A DNA stretch of 64,000 nucleotides from Patescibacteria group bacterium (GTDB lineage Bacteria > Patescibacteriota > Patescibacteriia > JBHPGJ01): contig JBHPGJ010000002.1 in assembly GCA_042570545.1 (NCBI GenBank), positions 31,741-95,740 on the forward strand. The letters are read 5' to 3'. The position numbers and the translations under genes were made by a program. How positions within the stretch are numbered: position 1 is the first letter of the stretch; each line of letters begins with the position of its first letter. Below are positions 9,102-18,900 of this stretch, in pieces. The notes below the pieces were generated by a model that saw nothing but the letters and a program-made list of their open reading frames with translations, was not told the origin of the DNA and did not search any database.

Positions 9102-10385
9102 TTGATGATTCGTCGCGCTATTATTATTGCCAGTCTAATAATCTTGGTTATACCATTATTTCCCCGTCCAGCTCTGGCTGCGGGTTCGATGTTTTTAGCG
9201 CCTAATTCCGGTAATTTTTCACCCGGCTCGACTATAACTATGAGTGTGGTGATCGGTACCGGCGGCCAGGCCATTAATTCAGCTCAAGCAACGATTGCTT
9301 ATTCGGATGATACTTTGGATTTACTAAGCGTTTCCCGCGGTGGTTCGATATTTACCCTCTGGCCGGTAGAGCCTAGCGGCGGTGGTGGACAGATAACATT
9401 TGCCGGCGGCTTGCCTACGCCCGGATACAACGGCAACGGTGGTTTAATCATATCAGCCACTTTTCGGGCGGCTGCTTTAGGCACGGCTACGGCTAGAGTG
9501 ACCAGTGGACAGTTATTATTAAATGACGGCTCAGGTACAAATATTCTAACCGGTTTTGGAGCTGCTACCTGGTCGATAACCGAAACGCCTGAACCGCCAC
9601 CCCCGACTGAAGTTATTGAGCGTTTACCAGCACCCGAGGTAAGTTCGGAAACGCATCCCAATCAAGATACTTGGTATAATGAGGAACTGATAAAATTGAA
9701 ATGGAATAAATTAGAAGGGGCGCTTGATTTTAGCTATGTGTACGATGATCAAGAAGGCACTACTCCAGATGATAATCCAGAGGGCAGTGATAGTAGCATC
9801 GAAATAAAAGATACCAGTGATGGTATTGCTTATTTTCACATCAAGGTCAGAAATGAAGGTGGCTGGAGCGATACGGCTCACTTTAGAGTAAAAATTGACA
9901 CCACACCGCCTAAAAAATTTACTATTAGACTTGAGGGAGAGAATCCAACCGGCATATTGAGACCCTATATACATTTTAGGACAACTGATGCACATTCAGG
10001 CATTAAAACCTACCAGGTATATATAGATGGAAACAAAGGTACAACGGTTAAATCAGGAAAAACCACCCCCTACCGTTTAAGTGAACTGAGTCTGGGTGAG
10101 CATGAAATCCAAGTAGAAGCCACCGATAATGCTGAAAATAGCCGATCAGCAAAATTAATGATTACGGTTGTCGATCGTGGCGATGATGGCGGGGTACAAT
10201 ATATAACCAAATATGTAGGCGAAGGCTCAATTTTCCGACAATTTGTATTTTGGTTAATGTGGATATTATTACTGCTGCTGTTAATAATAATCATGTTCTT
10301 TATCTTGTGGAAACGGAAAAAGAAGAAAGAAGACGACGAAAAATACCGGGGTATTCCCAGTAATTATAGCCAACCAAAAAGTTAA
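9102..10385 (+). CDS. Membrane-anchored cohesin-like domain protein; a paralog of 7972-9096.
   Basis: Signal peptide, then the cohesin-like block 'GSTITMSVVIGTGGQAINSAQATIAYSDDTLDLLSVSRGGSIFTLWPVEP...GLIISATFRAAALGTATARV'. The shared middle motifs are 'HPNQDTWY' and 'TTDAHSGIKTY'. The C-terminal TM 'FVFWLMWILLLLLLIIIMFFILW' is followed by KRKKKKE. Confidence 0.7.
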   Translation: MMIRRAIIIASLIILVIPLFPRPALAAGSMFLAPNSGNFSPGSTITMSVVIGTGGQAINSAQATIAYSDDTLDLLSVSRGGSIFTLWPVEPSGGGGQITFAGGLPTPGYNGNGGLIISATFRAAALGTATARVTSGQLLLNDGSGTNILTGFGAATWSITETPEPPPPTEVIERLPAPEVSSETHPNQDTWYNEELIKLKWNKLEGALDFSYVYDDQEGTTPDDNPEGSDSSIEIKDTSDGIAYFHIKVRNEGGWSDTAHFRVKIDTTPPKKFTIRLEGENPTGILRPYIHFRTTDAHSGIKTYQVYIDGNKGTTVKSGKTTPYRLSELSLGEHEIQVEATDNAENSRSAKLMITVVDRGDDGGVQYITKYVGEGSIFRQFVFWLMWILLLLLLIIIMFFILWKRKKKKEDDEKYRGIPSNYSQPKS

Positions 10386-10386
10386 T

Positions 10387-11358
10387 CTAATCTAATGTTT
10401 GCGGTGGGTATATTTCTGGCTGATTTTTTATTATTACCTTAATAACGGCTTTCTGTTTTCTTAGAGAATCTTTTTTATCTGTGATCGGCGTAGTAAAATA
10501 CCTTTTTAACAGACCGATATAAGTAAGGCCGTATATAACCCAGAGCAAGCCGATAAATGATATCTTACTGGCCCAATAGTCTCCTGACTGGCCAAATTTT
10601 TTATAGTATCTAAACAGTGACGAATAATATTCCTGCTTGGTCCAATAAGGATCAAGCCGGGTGGTGCTTTGTCCCCTAAGGTGAACTATATCAGTGGTCG
10701 GAACCAAATAAATATTTTTTTGTTTATTAATTATCCGCCTGGCCAGATCAACATCATTGAAAAATATGGGGAAATTCTCATCTAACAATCCTCTGATTTC
10801 ATCAATAACCGACCTTCTAAGCATCAGACAAGTGCAGGCCGCCTGCTCAATTATTTTTTCCTGATCAAACTTGTCTTTTATCATCAGGAACTTCTTCGCT
10901 GATGGAGTAGTGATCTTGGCAAAATGATGTAGGCCAGAGGCTAGCATTCGCATTACAGTCGGTAGTTGCCGGTGGTAACCGTATTGGATACTGCCATCAC
11001 TATTTAGAAATCGGCAGGTTACTCCGGCAGCTGATGAATTTCGATCTAAATAACCGCTTAGCTCGGTCAAGGTGTTTTTCTCTAAAATCACATCGTCATT
11101 AAGCATCAATACATAATCACCTGTGGCCTGTGCGTAGCCCTGGTTATTGCCGGCGGCGAAGCCGATATTATTTTTATTGATAGTTAATAACGCATTTGGG
11201 AATTCTTCTTGAATAAGTTTTACTGTGTTGTCCGAGGAAGCGTTGTCGATGATAATTAATTCAAAACCATCGGCAAAATCAGATCGACTGATCGACTGCA
11301 GACATTCTTTAATACGCCCCTCGCTGTTCCAGGTGACAATGATTATTGAAATTTTCAT
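10387..11358 (-). CDS. Glycosyltransferase family 2.
   Basis: N-terminus 'KISIIIVTWNSEGRIKECLQSI...LIIIDNASSDNT' is a GT2 signature; a DxD-like motif is also present. Confidence 0.8.
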   Translation of the reverse strand: MKISIIIVTWNSEGRIKECLQSISRSDFADGFELIIIDNASSDNTVKLIQEEFPNALLTINKNNIGFAAGNNQGYAQATGDYVLMLNDDVILEKNTLTELSGYLDRNSSAAGVTCRFLNSDGSIQYGYHRQLPTVMRMLASGLHHFAKITTPSAKKFLMIKDKFDQEKIIEQAACTCLMLRRSVIDEIRGLLDENFPIFFNDVDLARRIINKQKNIYLVPTTDIVHLRGQSTTRLDPYWTKQEYYSSLFRYYKKFGQSGDYWASKISFIGLLWVIYGLTYIGLLKRYFTTPITDKKDSLRKQKAVIKVIIKNQPEIYPPQTLD

Positions 11359-12422
11359 TCTGGCGGTTGTATGGCATCAAGAAAGCGATTAGCTGTTTTA
11401 TGCCAGTCAAAATGTTTGGCAAAGTGACCAGCCTTATGACCCATAAGCTTTCTCAGATTCTTAAATTTAATAAGTTTTAACATAGCGGCTGCTAAATCAT
11501 GAGGCCGAGCAGTTACGCACAGGCCGGTTTGATCGTGTTCAATTGATTCGGCCAGCCCCGGCAGGTTATAGACGATAGACGGTGTCTTATAATTAGCAGC
11601 GTCGTATATAGGCGCATTCCAGCCGCGACTAGGAGCAGTTGATATTATGGCCCAGGCTCGTTGATACTGTTCGGCCAGTTGAGCTGGACTTAATTTGCTA
11701 TACCAACGGATGTTGTTGTTTATCCCTAACTGAGCAGCTTGGGTTACAATTTTTTGTCTGTATGTTGGCCCCTCGTTGTTTATTACCCACAACGTTGACG
11801 TCGGGTATTGGGGCAGCGTCTGGGTAAAGGCATCTAAAATATCCTCAAAATTATTTTCGGCCTTAAGTGAGCCGTGATACAACCAAGTTGGATTTACAGT
11901 CTTGGGGACATTAACCTGATCAACATTAGTAACCAATCCGGGGGGTAATATATAAAGACGCCCAAAATCAGATGAATTTAGTTGATCGTAGATATGTGGA
12001 GAGGTTGTGAAAACCAAATCATGACGATGGGGCTTGAGTTGTTTGTTTGTTATCTGCTTGTCAAGTGAGGATTTAGCATTATATTTTTGATGCACAAATA
12101 TAATTCGAGAATTTGCCGGAACATAAGAAGAGGTGGCGAATGACTTATGGTTTACGGTCTCGGCCACATAATCGGTAGTACCTGAGGCTTTATCGTTCCA
12201 AAATTGTCGAGCTTGACTACTGATATTATTTTCACCACCGCGGCGAATATAAGTAATACCGTTTTGGGCCGATATATCATGACCTTGGTGGTGCTGGCTG
12301 GACAAACAAGTTACTTGATGCCCACGGGCAGCAATTTTCTCAGCTAAGGCGGCAACAAAATGCTCTGGCTCGCCAGCTAATGGATGACTGGTATCTCTGA
12401 TATTTAAAAATAAGAAATTCAT
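11355..12422 (-). CDS. Glycosyltransferase group 1 (GT4-like).
   Basis: Rossmann-like N-terminus 'FLFLNI...AALAEKIAARGHQVTCLS' and a C-terminal GT1-like region. Its stop overlaps the next gene's start, so the two are likely co-transcribed. Confidence 0.7.
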   Translation of the reverse strand: MNFLFLNIRDTSHPLAGEPEHFVAALAEKIAARGHQVTCLSSQHHQGHDISAQNGITYIRRGGENNISSQARQFWNDKASGTTDYVAETVNHKSFATSSYVPANSRIIFVHQKYNAKSSLDKQITNKQLKPHRHDLVFTTSPHIYDQLNSSDFGRLYILPPGLVTNVDQVNVPKTVNPTWLYHGSLKAENNFEDILDAFTQTLPQYPTSTLWVINNEGPTYRQKIVTQAAQLGINNNIRWYSKLSPAQLAEQYQRAWAIISTAPSRGWNAPIYDAANYKTPSIVYNLPGLAESIEHDQTGLCVTARPHDLAAAMLKLIKFKNLRKLMGHKAGHFAKHFDWHKTANRFLDAIQPPE

Positions 12423-12488
12423 ATTTTTATATGTTGAGTATAGCAGAATATTAATAAATGGTTACCAAGCTGATAAGATTTTCATAAC

Positions 12489-12516
12489 TTGATTTTTATC
12501 GCATTTTTGCTATAAT
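12489..12516 (+). promoter_or_regulatory. Candidate sigma70-like promoter (TTGATT, 16-nt spacer, TATAAT) upstream of tRNA-Val, in a divergent intergenic region.
   Basis: The hexamers were read directly from the sequence: ttgatt at 12489-12494 and tataat at 12511-12516. Confidence 0.3.
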
Positions 12517-12601
12517 TTCTCTACTTATTATCTAATCTTAGCCAAAATCTTAACTTAATAGGCCTTATATAGTTAAGTTTGAATTATGAAAGTCACTTGT
12601 G

Positions 12602-12678
12602 GGGTGATTAGCTCAGCCGGTTAGAGCGCTATCCTCACACGATAGAGGCCCCTGGTTCAAGTCCAGGATCACCCACCA
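12602..12678 (+). tRNA. tRNA-Val (anticodon CAC) with an encoded CCA.
   Basis: Manual cloverleaf: acceptor GGGTGAT/ATCACCC, D-arm GCTC..GAGC, anticodon stem CTATC/GATAG with loop CTCACAC, T-arm CCTGG-TTCAAGT-CCAGG, discriminator A, CCA. Confidence 0.9.
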
Positions 12679-12692
12679 AAGAAATTTATTTC

Positions 12693-13358
12693 ATGGAAAA
12701 ATCAAGTACTAATTCAGATAAAAAAAGTCCTAAAGCAAAACCGGGATACAAATCCCAAGCTCGACTTACCAAACCAGAAGAAATAGCCCCGCCCTTTAAA
12801 ACTTCAGTGCGTGATTTTGTTATCGAAGTAGTTAAGGTCGTGGTGATCGCGCTGGCCATCATAATCCCAGTCCGTTATTTTCTGGTCCAGCCTTTTTATG
12901 TCAAGGGAGCGTCAATGGAGCCAAATTTTCAGGATCATGAATATTTGATAATTGATGAGATTAGTTATCGTTTTCGCGAACCAAATCGCGGCGAAGTGAT
13001 TGTAGTTAGAAATCCTCAACAGCGTAAAGAATTTTTTATAAAACGAATAGTTGGACTGCCGGGTGAGACAGTGGAAATTACAAATGATCGTATAAAAATT
13101 TCATCAGATCTCTACCCCACAGGTATAATCATAGATGAGTCTAGTTATTTGCCGGAAAATATAATAACCAAAGGTAACTTAGTAACCGTACTGGGGGACA
13201 CGGAATATTTTATCATGGGTGATAATCGCAACGCCAGTCTTGATTCCCGCATTTTTGGACCAGTAAACGATAGGGATATTATTGGCCGAGCCTGGCTAAG
13301 AGCCTGGCCAATAACCGAATGGCGCAGTTTTTCATCACCAGTTTATAATTATCCCTAA
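12693..13358 (+). CDS. lepB: Signal peptidase I.
   Basis: N-terminal TM segment; the motifs 'GASMEPNF', 'IKRIVGLPGETVEI' and 'YFIMGDNRNASLDSR' are S26-family boxes. Confidence 0.85.
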   Translation: MEKSSTNSDKKSPKAKPGYKSQARLTKPEEIAPPFKTSVRDFVIEVVKVVVIALAIIIPVRYFLVQPFYVKGASMEPNFQDHEYLIIDEISYRFREPNRGEVIVVRNPQQRKEFFIKRIVGLPGETVEITNDRIKISSDLYPTGIIIDESSYLPENIITKGNLVTVLGDTEYFIMGDNRNASLDSRIFGPVNDRDIIGRAWLRAWPITEWRSFSSPVYNYP

Positions 13359-13365
13359 GGAATAA

Positions 13366-14778
13366 ATGCCTACTAAAAAAAACGCCAAGGACAAACAAAC
13401 CCTACAATTACTTCGCGGATTTAAAGATATAATGCCCGATGACCAGCCAGCCTGGCTTTGGGTGCGGCAGCTAGTGAAGCAGATCGCTGCCAGCTACGGC
13501 TACCGGCGCCTGGACACGCCAATATTGGAAATGGAAAATTTGTTTGCCCGTACTATTGGTGAAGAAAGTGACATAGTCGAGAAAGAAATGTTTGTCTTCA
13601 CTGACCGTGGTGGTAATAAAGTAACCTTACGTCCAGAAACAACGGCCAGCTTTGCCCGCGCTTACGTAGAGCATGGACTGGTCAATCGTCCGCAACCGGT
13701 AAAGATGTATTATTTTGGCCCGCAATTTAGATATGACCGTCCGCAAGCCGGACGCTACCGTCAATTTCACCAGTTTGGCTTTGAATCTTTTGGTGAACAA
13801 GACGCCATTAATGATGCCCAACTTATTCAATTAGCACACTCGTTGTTGACCTATGAATTGAAGTTGCCTATCTCTTTACAAGTAAACAGTATTGGCGACA
13901 AACAATGCCGACCGCAATATATAAGATCATTAAACGATTACTACAAATCCCGTAAAAATGCCCTTTGTGACGAATGCAAGATCAGATTGAAAACTAATCC
14001 ATTGCGATTGCTTGACTGCAAAGAAAAAGATTGTCAGGAACTGGCGTCGTCAGCTCCACAGACAGTTGACCATCTTTGTGAAGAATGTCGAGATCATTTT
14101 GTAAGGTTGTTAGAATATCTTGATGAGTTGGAGTTGGGTTATGAACTTAATCCCAAATTAGTTCGTGGTCTGGACTACTATACCAAAACAGTATTTGAAA
14201 TTTGGCCAGCTAATGATCCCGAAGGATCCCAGTCGGCCTTGATCGGCGGCGGTCGCTACGATAATCTAGTGGCCCTGGTCGGTGGCCGACCAACGCCAGC
14301 TGTCGGTTTTGCTGCCGGCGTTGAGCGTATTATCAGCCAACTACACAAAAATAATGTTGTTATTCCCAAGGCTGATCAGGCAGATGTTTTCTTAACCCAA
14401 CTGGGCGACAAGGGAAGAAAGAAGAGCTTAAAATTATTTGAAGATATGAGACGTGCCGGTATTAATGTTTCTGAGAGCTTGTCCAAAGACAGTATCAAAT
14501 CACAATTAGAGATTGCTAACAATCTGGCCTGTAAGTTTAGTATCATCTTAGGTCAGAAAGAAATAATGGACGAAACAATTCTAATACGAGATATGGAAAA
14601 TGGCATCCAAGAAGTTGTTGATTTTGCTAAAGCAATACCAGAAATAAAAAAACGCCTTGATAAATATCAGAGCAGCAGCATTTCAAATCATGAAATAGAA
14701 CATCCAGCCGAAGAGAAAGGACCAGAAAAGAGAGGATCCGAAGAGAAAGAATCTGAAGAGAAAAAATCAAATGACTGA
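13366..14778 (+). CDS. hisS: Histidyl-tRNA synthetase with a Lys/Glu-rich C-terminal tail.
   Basis: Class II aaRS motifs and the HisRS-specific 'YYFGPQFRYDRPQAGRYRQFHQFGFESFG'. Confidence 0.9.
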   Translation: MPTKKNAKDKQTLQLLRGFKDIMPDDQPAWLWVRQLVKQIAASYGYRRLDTPILEMENLFARTIGEESDIVEKEMFVFTDRGGNKVTLRPETTASFARAYVEHGLVNRPQPVKMYYFGPQFRYDRPQAGRYRQFHQFGFESFGEQDAINDAQLIQLAHSLLTYELKLPISLQVNSIGDKQCRPQYIRSLNDYYKSRKNALCDECKIRLKTNPLRLLDCKEKDCQELASSAPQTVDHLCEECRDHFVRLLEYLDELELGYELNPKLVRGLDYYTKTVFEIWPANDPEGSQSALIGGGRYDNLVALVGGRPTPAVGFAAGVERIISQLHKNNVVIPKADQADVFLTQLGDKGRKKSLKLFEDMRRAGINVSESLSKDSIKSQLEIANNLACKFSIILGQKEIMDETILIRDMENGIQEVVDFAKAIPEIKKRLDKYQSSSISNHEIEHPAEEKGPEKRGSEEKESEEKKSND

Positions 14779-15112
14779 TTGTATTTTCTGTAAAATCATT
14801 ACTGGAGAAATTGAATCGAATAAATTATACGAAGACAACAAAGCTGTTGTTGTTAAAGATATCAAACCACAAGCGCCAGTACATTTATTAGTAGTCCCAA
14901 ATAAACATATACCGACCTTAGACGACACTACAAAGGAAGATGATAAGCTGCTTGGTCATCTAATTGGCTTGGCTCGAGATTCGGCGCGAGAAAACAACAT
15001 TTCCACTAATGGCTATCGGGTGGTAATAAACTGTCGTCAGCATGGTGGACAAGAAGTAGACCACCTACATGTGCATATACTGGGCGGCAAACAACTTGGG
15101 CAAATTGTGTAA
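14771..15112 (+). CDS. HIT-family (histidine triad) hydrolase.
   Basis: 'DHLHVHILGG' histidine-triad motif; the size matches the family. Confidence 0.85.
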   Translation: MTDCIFCKIITGEIESNKLYEDNKAVVVKDIKPQAPVHLLVVPNKHIPTLDDTTKEDDKLLGHLIGLARDSARENNISTNGYRVVINCRQHGGQEVDHLHVHILGGKQLGQIV

Positions 15113-15131
15113 AAGTGCTTAAAAGGGCAGT

Positions 15132-15160
15132 TTGACGTAGCCCGCTAAAGTTGTTATAGT
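15132..15160 (+). promoter_or_regulatory. Sigma70-like promoter (TTGACG, 17-nt spacer, TATAGT) upstream of rpsU, followed by the RBS AGGAGGTG.
   Basis: ttgacg at 15132-15137 and tatagt at 15155-15160; 'caggaggtg' lies just before the GTG start at 15212. Confidence 0.5.
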
Positions 15161-15211
15161 AAATTTGAAATTTAATTCATATTATCTACACCAGGAGGTG
15201 AATTCAATCAA

Positions 15212-15487
15212 GTGGTCGAAGTCAGGAAGAAGGAAGGAGAATCGGGCGAATCATTAATTCGTCGCTTCAATAAACGAGTTCAACAAAGCGGCGTCCTTAT
15301 TCAAGCCAAGCGTGGACGGTTTTTTGAAACACCAAAGAATAAAAGACAAATGAGAGAAGATGCCCAAAGACGAAGCGAAATAAAAGAACAGAAAGAATTA
15401 TTGCGCAAAATGGGTAAACTTGAAGAAAATTACGGTTCGCGTGGACGACGTCGAACAAGTTCTCGACCCCTCCCTAGAGTAAAATAA
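15212..15487 (+). CDS. rpsU: 30S ribosomal protein bS21 (GTG start).
   Basis: 'VEVRKKEGESGESLIRRFNKRVQQSGVLIQAKRGRFFETPKNKRQ' is typical S21; the C-terminus is basic. Confidence 0.9.
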   Translation: MVEVRKKEGESGESLIRRFNKRVQQSGVLIQAKRGRFFETPKNKRQMREDAQRRSEIKEQKELLRKMGKLEENYGSRGRRRTSSRPLPRVK

Positions 15488-15506
15488 ACGATTATCACAG
15501 CTTGTC

Positions 15507-15977
15507 ATGTCACTAAAAGATAGAATCGAGGCTGATTATCGTAAAGCCTTTAAAAGTAAACAGACCGAAGTCATGTCAGCTTTGCGCCTGCTTAAAGCAG
15601 CTGTAAAAAATGCGGAAATCGCGAAACGTAAAGATTTTGAAGATGATGAAGTAGAAAAGGTAATTAACCAAGAGGCTAAAAAAGTAAGGGATAGTATCGA
15701 AGCTTACCAACAGGGAAATCGTCAAGATCTGGTCAAGCAAGAAGAAGCTCAACTTAAGGTAATGGAAGACTATCTGCCCGAGCAGTTAAGCCCGGAAGAG
15801 TTAAAGGATATTGTTCACGACGTAATAAATCGATTACAAGCTAGTCGGCCCCAGGATATGGGACGAGTGATGAAAGAGATAATGTCTGTCACCGAGGGAC
15901 AAGCTGACGGTAAGCAAGTAAAAGAACTGGTCCAATCATTTCTAACATCAAATCAGGATAATTCTCAAAACCCATGA
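15507..15977 (+). CDS. GatB/YqeY-domain protein.
   Basis: Matches the YqeY family pattern 'LKDRIEADYRKAFKSKQ...LRLLKAAVKN...LKVMEDYLPEQLSPEEL'. This is the conserved rpsU-yqeY neighbourhood. Confidence 0.8.
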   Translation: MSLKDRIEADYRKAFKSKQTEVMSALRLLKAAVKNAEIAKRKDFEDDEVEKVINQEAKKVRDSIEAYQQGNRQDLVKQEEAQLKVMEDYLPEQLSPEELKDIVHDVINRLQASRPQDMGRVMKEIMSVTEGQADGKQVKELVQSFLTSNQDNSQNP

Positions 15978-18900
15978 GTAAAAGGCGCAAGTCTAACAAG
16001 ACCAACGTCTTAGTTATTATCGCTGCCCTAACCGCTGCAGTTTCAGTTGGTGGATTTTTTAGTCTGGTAAGCGTATCGGCTCAAACCTCATTTTCAATTG
16101 AAGATATTGGCAGCTCGATTGGTCTAGGCTCGGCTGACCTCAAAGATGTAGTTATAAATGTAATTAAGTGGGCGCTGGGTATACTAGCCCTAGCGGCGGT
16201 GGCCATAATGATCTACGGCGGTTTTCTATGGATTACAGCTCGGGGCCGGGAAGAACAAATTGAAAAAGCCAAGAAAGTAATCATTGGCGCCCTGATCGGC
16301 GTGGTCATTGTATTGCTATCGTGGGCAATTGTACTGTTTGTGGAGCGGTTTATATCAGGCAGTACCCAGACGGGGGGTACGGTTTGTACACCGGGCGACC
16401 AGATACCGCCAATACCCGCGACTGCTTGTTTTGTCTGTAATGCCACTGGTACGTCCTGGGTGCCGACAGGTGATCCAGCGTGTATACCAGGTCCGTCAGT
16501 ATTTACTTTGACTGACGTTGAGACTTCTAATAATGGCGATGCTACCGATGTACATCTTTGCAGTAATGCCAACAGTATCTTTAATCATAGACTTAATGCT
16601 CAAACGATCCTTGATGCTGATACCCTGGGCGATCTGGGGATTTATGAAAATCCCAACACACCCGGTGAGATTGAAGTGCTCGGATCTTTCATACCGCTAA
16701 CTAACTCAGCTACTTGGAAACACCAGCTGCATTGTTCAAATGATCGTACTCAATCATGCAATAATGATGCTGATTGTGGCGGTGCGCCAAATACTTGTGA
16801 CAAATTATTTGCAGCCAACACTGACTATGAAGCGCGATTTCCCCAAAGTATAGAAAATTTTTCAGGTGATTTTCTCCAAGCCTGTAGTGCCTTACCCGGC
16901 TGCAGCTTTAATAATATTACTAATAATTTTGAATTTGACTTTCACGTCGGCGTTACCACCGATATAGTGGAACCAACCATTGTCTCGGCTGATCCTATGC
17001 TGCCAGGCAATCCCGGCTACCCCGACCGCACCATTTCTCGATATCCGATCATTGATGTAAGTTTTAATGAACCGATTGATATGACGACGGTAGCTGCTCT
17101 TGATGTGATGGGAGTGGCCCGGCCAATACCGGCTAATGTAAAAATTGAACAATGGGATAATGATCCAGACGCTGGTGGTGCTTATGTGGTCGATGTCGAT
17201 CCAAATATAATTCAAGTTCAGGCCAAGCCGCAAGGCTTTAAACTAAGTTTAGATGGCGGTCATCTATTAGAACCCTTTACCTGGTATAAGATTATTGTTG
17301 ATAATGTTGAGGACCTGTGCGGCAACAGTATGGTAGCCCAAGTTGATTGGAATTTCCAAACTACCGATGCCGTACCCGGTGTGGTTGGTGTTTATCCGCC
17401 GGCTGGCAGCTCAAATGTTTGTCCTGATACTAAAATAGTAGTTACTTTTGGCACCACGATGTTTAATAGCGATGTCACTTTTCAGGTAACTGGAGGGTCA
17501 GTCCCTATAGTGATTACTCTGCCAGCAGCGTCAACAATGTTTCCCGGTCCTTATACTTGGACTGATGGAGGCGGCAATACGATTAGAGTAGTTGATCCAG
17601 GGCCAACGGCTGATAACAATTTCCGGGTTTATGAAGTTACGCCCGGTGTGCCGTTAGATATTAATACTACCTATGACGTGGCAATAACTACTACCCTCCA
17701 AATTGATGTTAACGGCACTACCTTAAGTCATAACTGGCAGTTTGCTACTTCTACACCCGAACTATGTGCTTGCACGCCGTTTGTGGCCACTGTTCAGCCC
17801 AATCAGGGCCCGCGTGGTATGTGTGTATCAATAGTTGGCGAGTGTTTTGACGGCACCGCAGCTCATCCGGCAACGGTTAGCAACGTGGAATTTGACGTCG
17901 ATTATGGCAATCCACCTCCACCAGCCCCTTGGACCTCGGGTGAAGTTACATACAATATTTTATTACCGGATATTATCGGTACCAGTATACCGCTGATAAA
18001 TACCAACGATGGCAATAATCCAATATTCTTTAACGGTGACTGGCCGCGAGCCCGGGTTACTATAGCTTATGCCGACCCTGCATATGGATCGCATAGCTCT
18101 GATCCGGCCACTAATTCCTTCTTTGTCAATTCAGATAATCTGGCTGACGGGCCGTGCTTATTCTCACTAAATCCTGGTGCCGGTATTGCCGGTACCACAG
18201 TTAATGCTAAGGGTATTAGATTTGGTGATCCGCCCCCAGCACAAACAACGGCTGAAATTCACTTTGAGGATGGCTCCGGCGGAGCCAACGCCGGCTGGCT
18301 GCCCGGCGGCTGGTCACAGACCGATATACTAACAAGCGTTCCCGGTTGGGCCATAGATGGCGATGTCTTTGTCCGTAACGACGCCGGTGATTCTAATAAA
18401 ATTTACTTTGATGTCATACCGCCGGCCCCAACAAGTCCAATGGTACTGGGACATTGGCCAATTTGTGCCTCAGCCTGCCTGAATGCCGGTATGGGCGCTG
18501 ATTTTAATCTAAATGTTGAAATGGATCCGACCACGATAGATGGCAATACTATCAACGTCTGGAAATGTACTGATGGACCGACATGTAATGTTTTTGATCC
18601 GATACCAGTAGCCATAACCGTGCCGTCATATGTTTTCAATCCAATAATTCCTATGAACCGGGCTGAGTGGTTTGGTCAAAACGACTTTGATCCTATTGAG
18701 TATTATCGAGTGATTATGAGTAATGGTATTTTAGCTCTGAGCGACGGCACGCCGATCACCAATCTAAATTACGATGATCCAAATAACGCCATCAACGGTC
18801 TGGATAGCTTCAGCTGGATATTCCAAACCGGCGCCTCAGCTTGTGATATAGATACTATTAATACACTGCCTGATGCAGTTACCATGACCTTTGCCAATCA

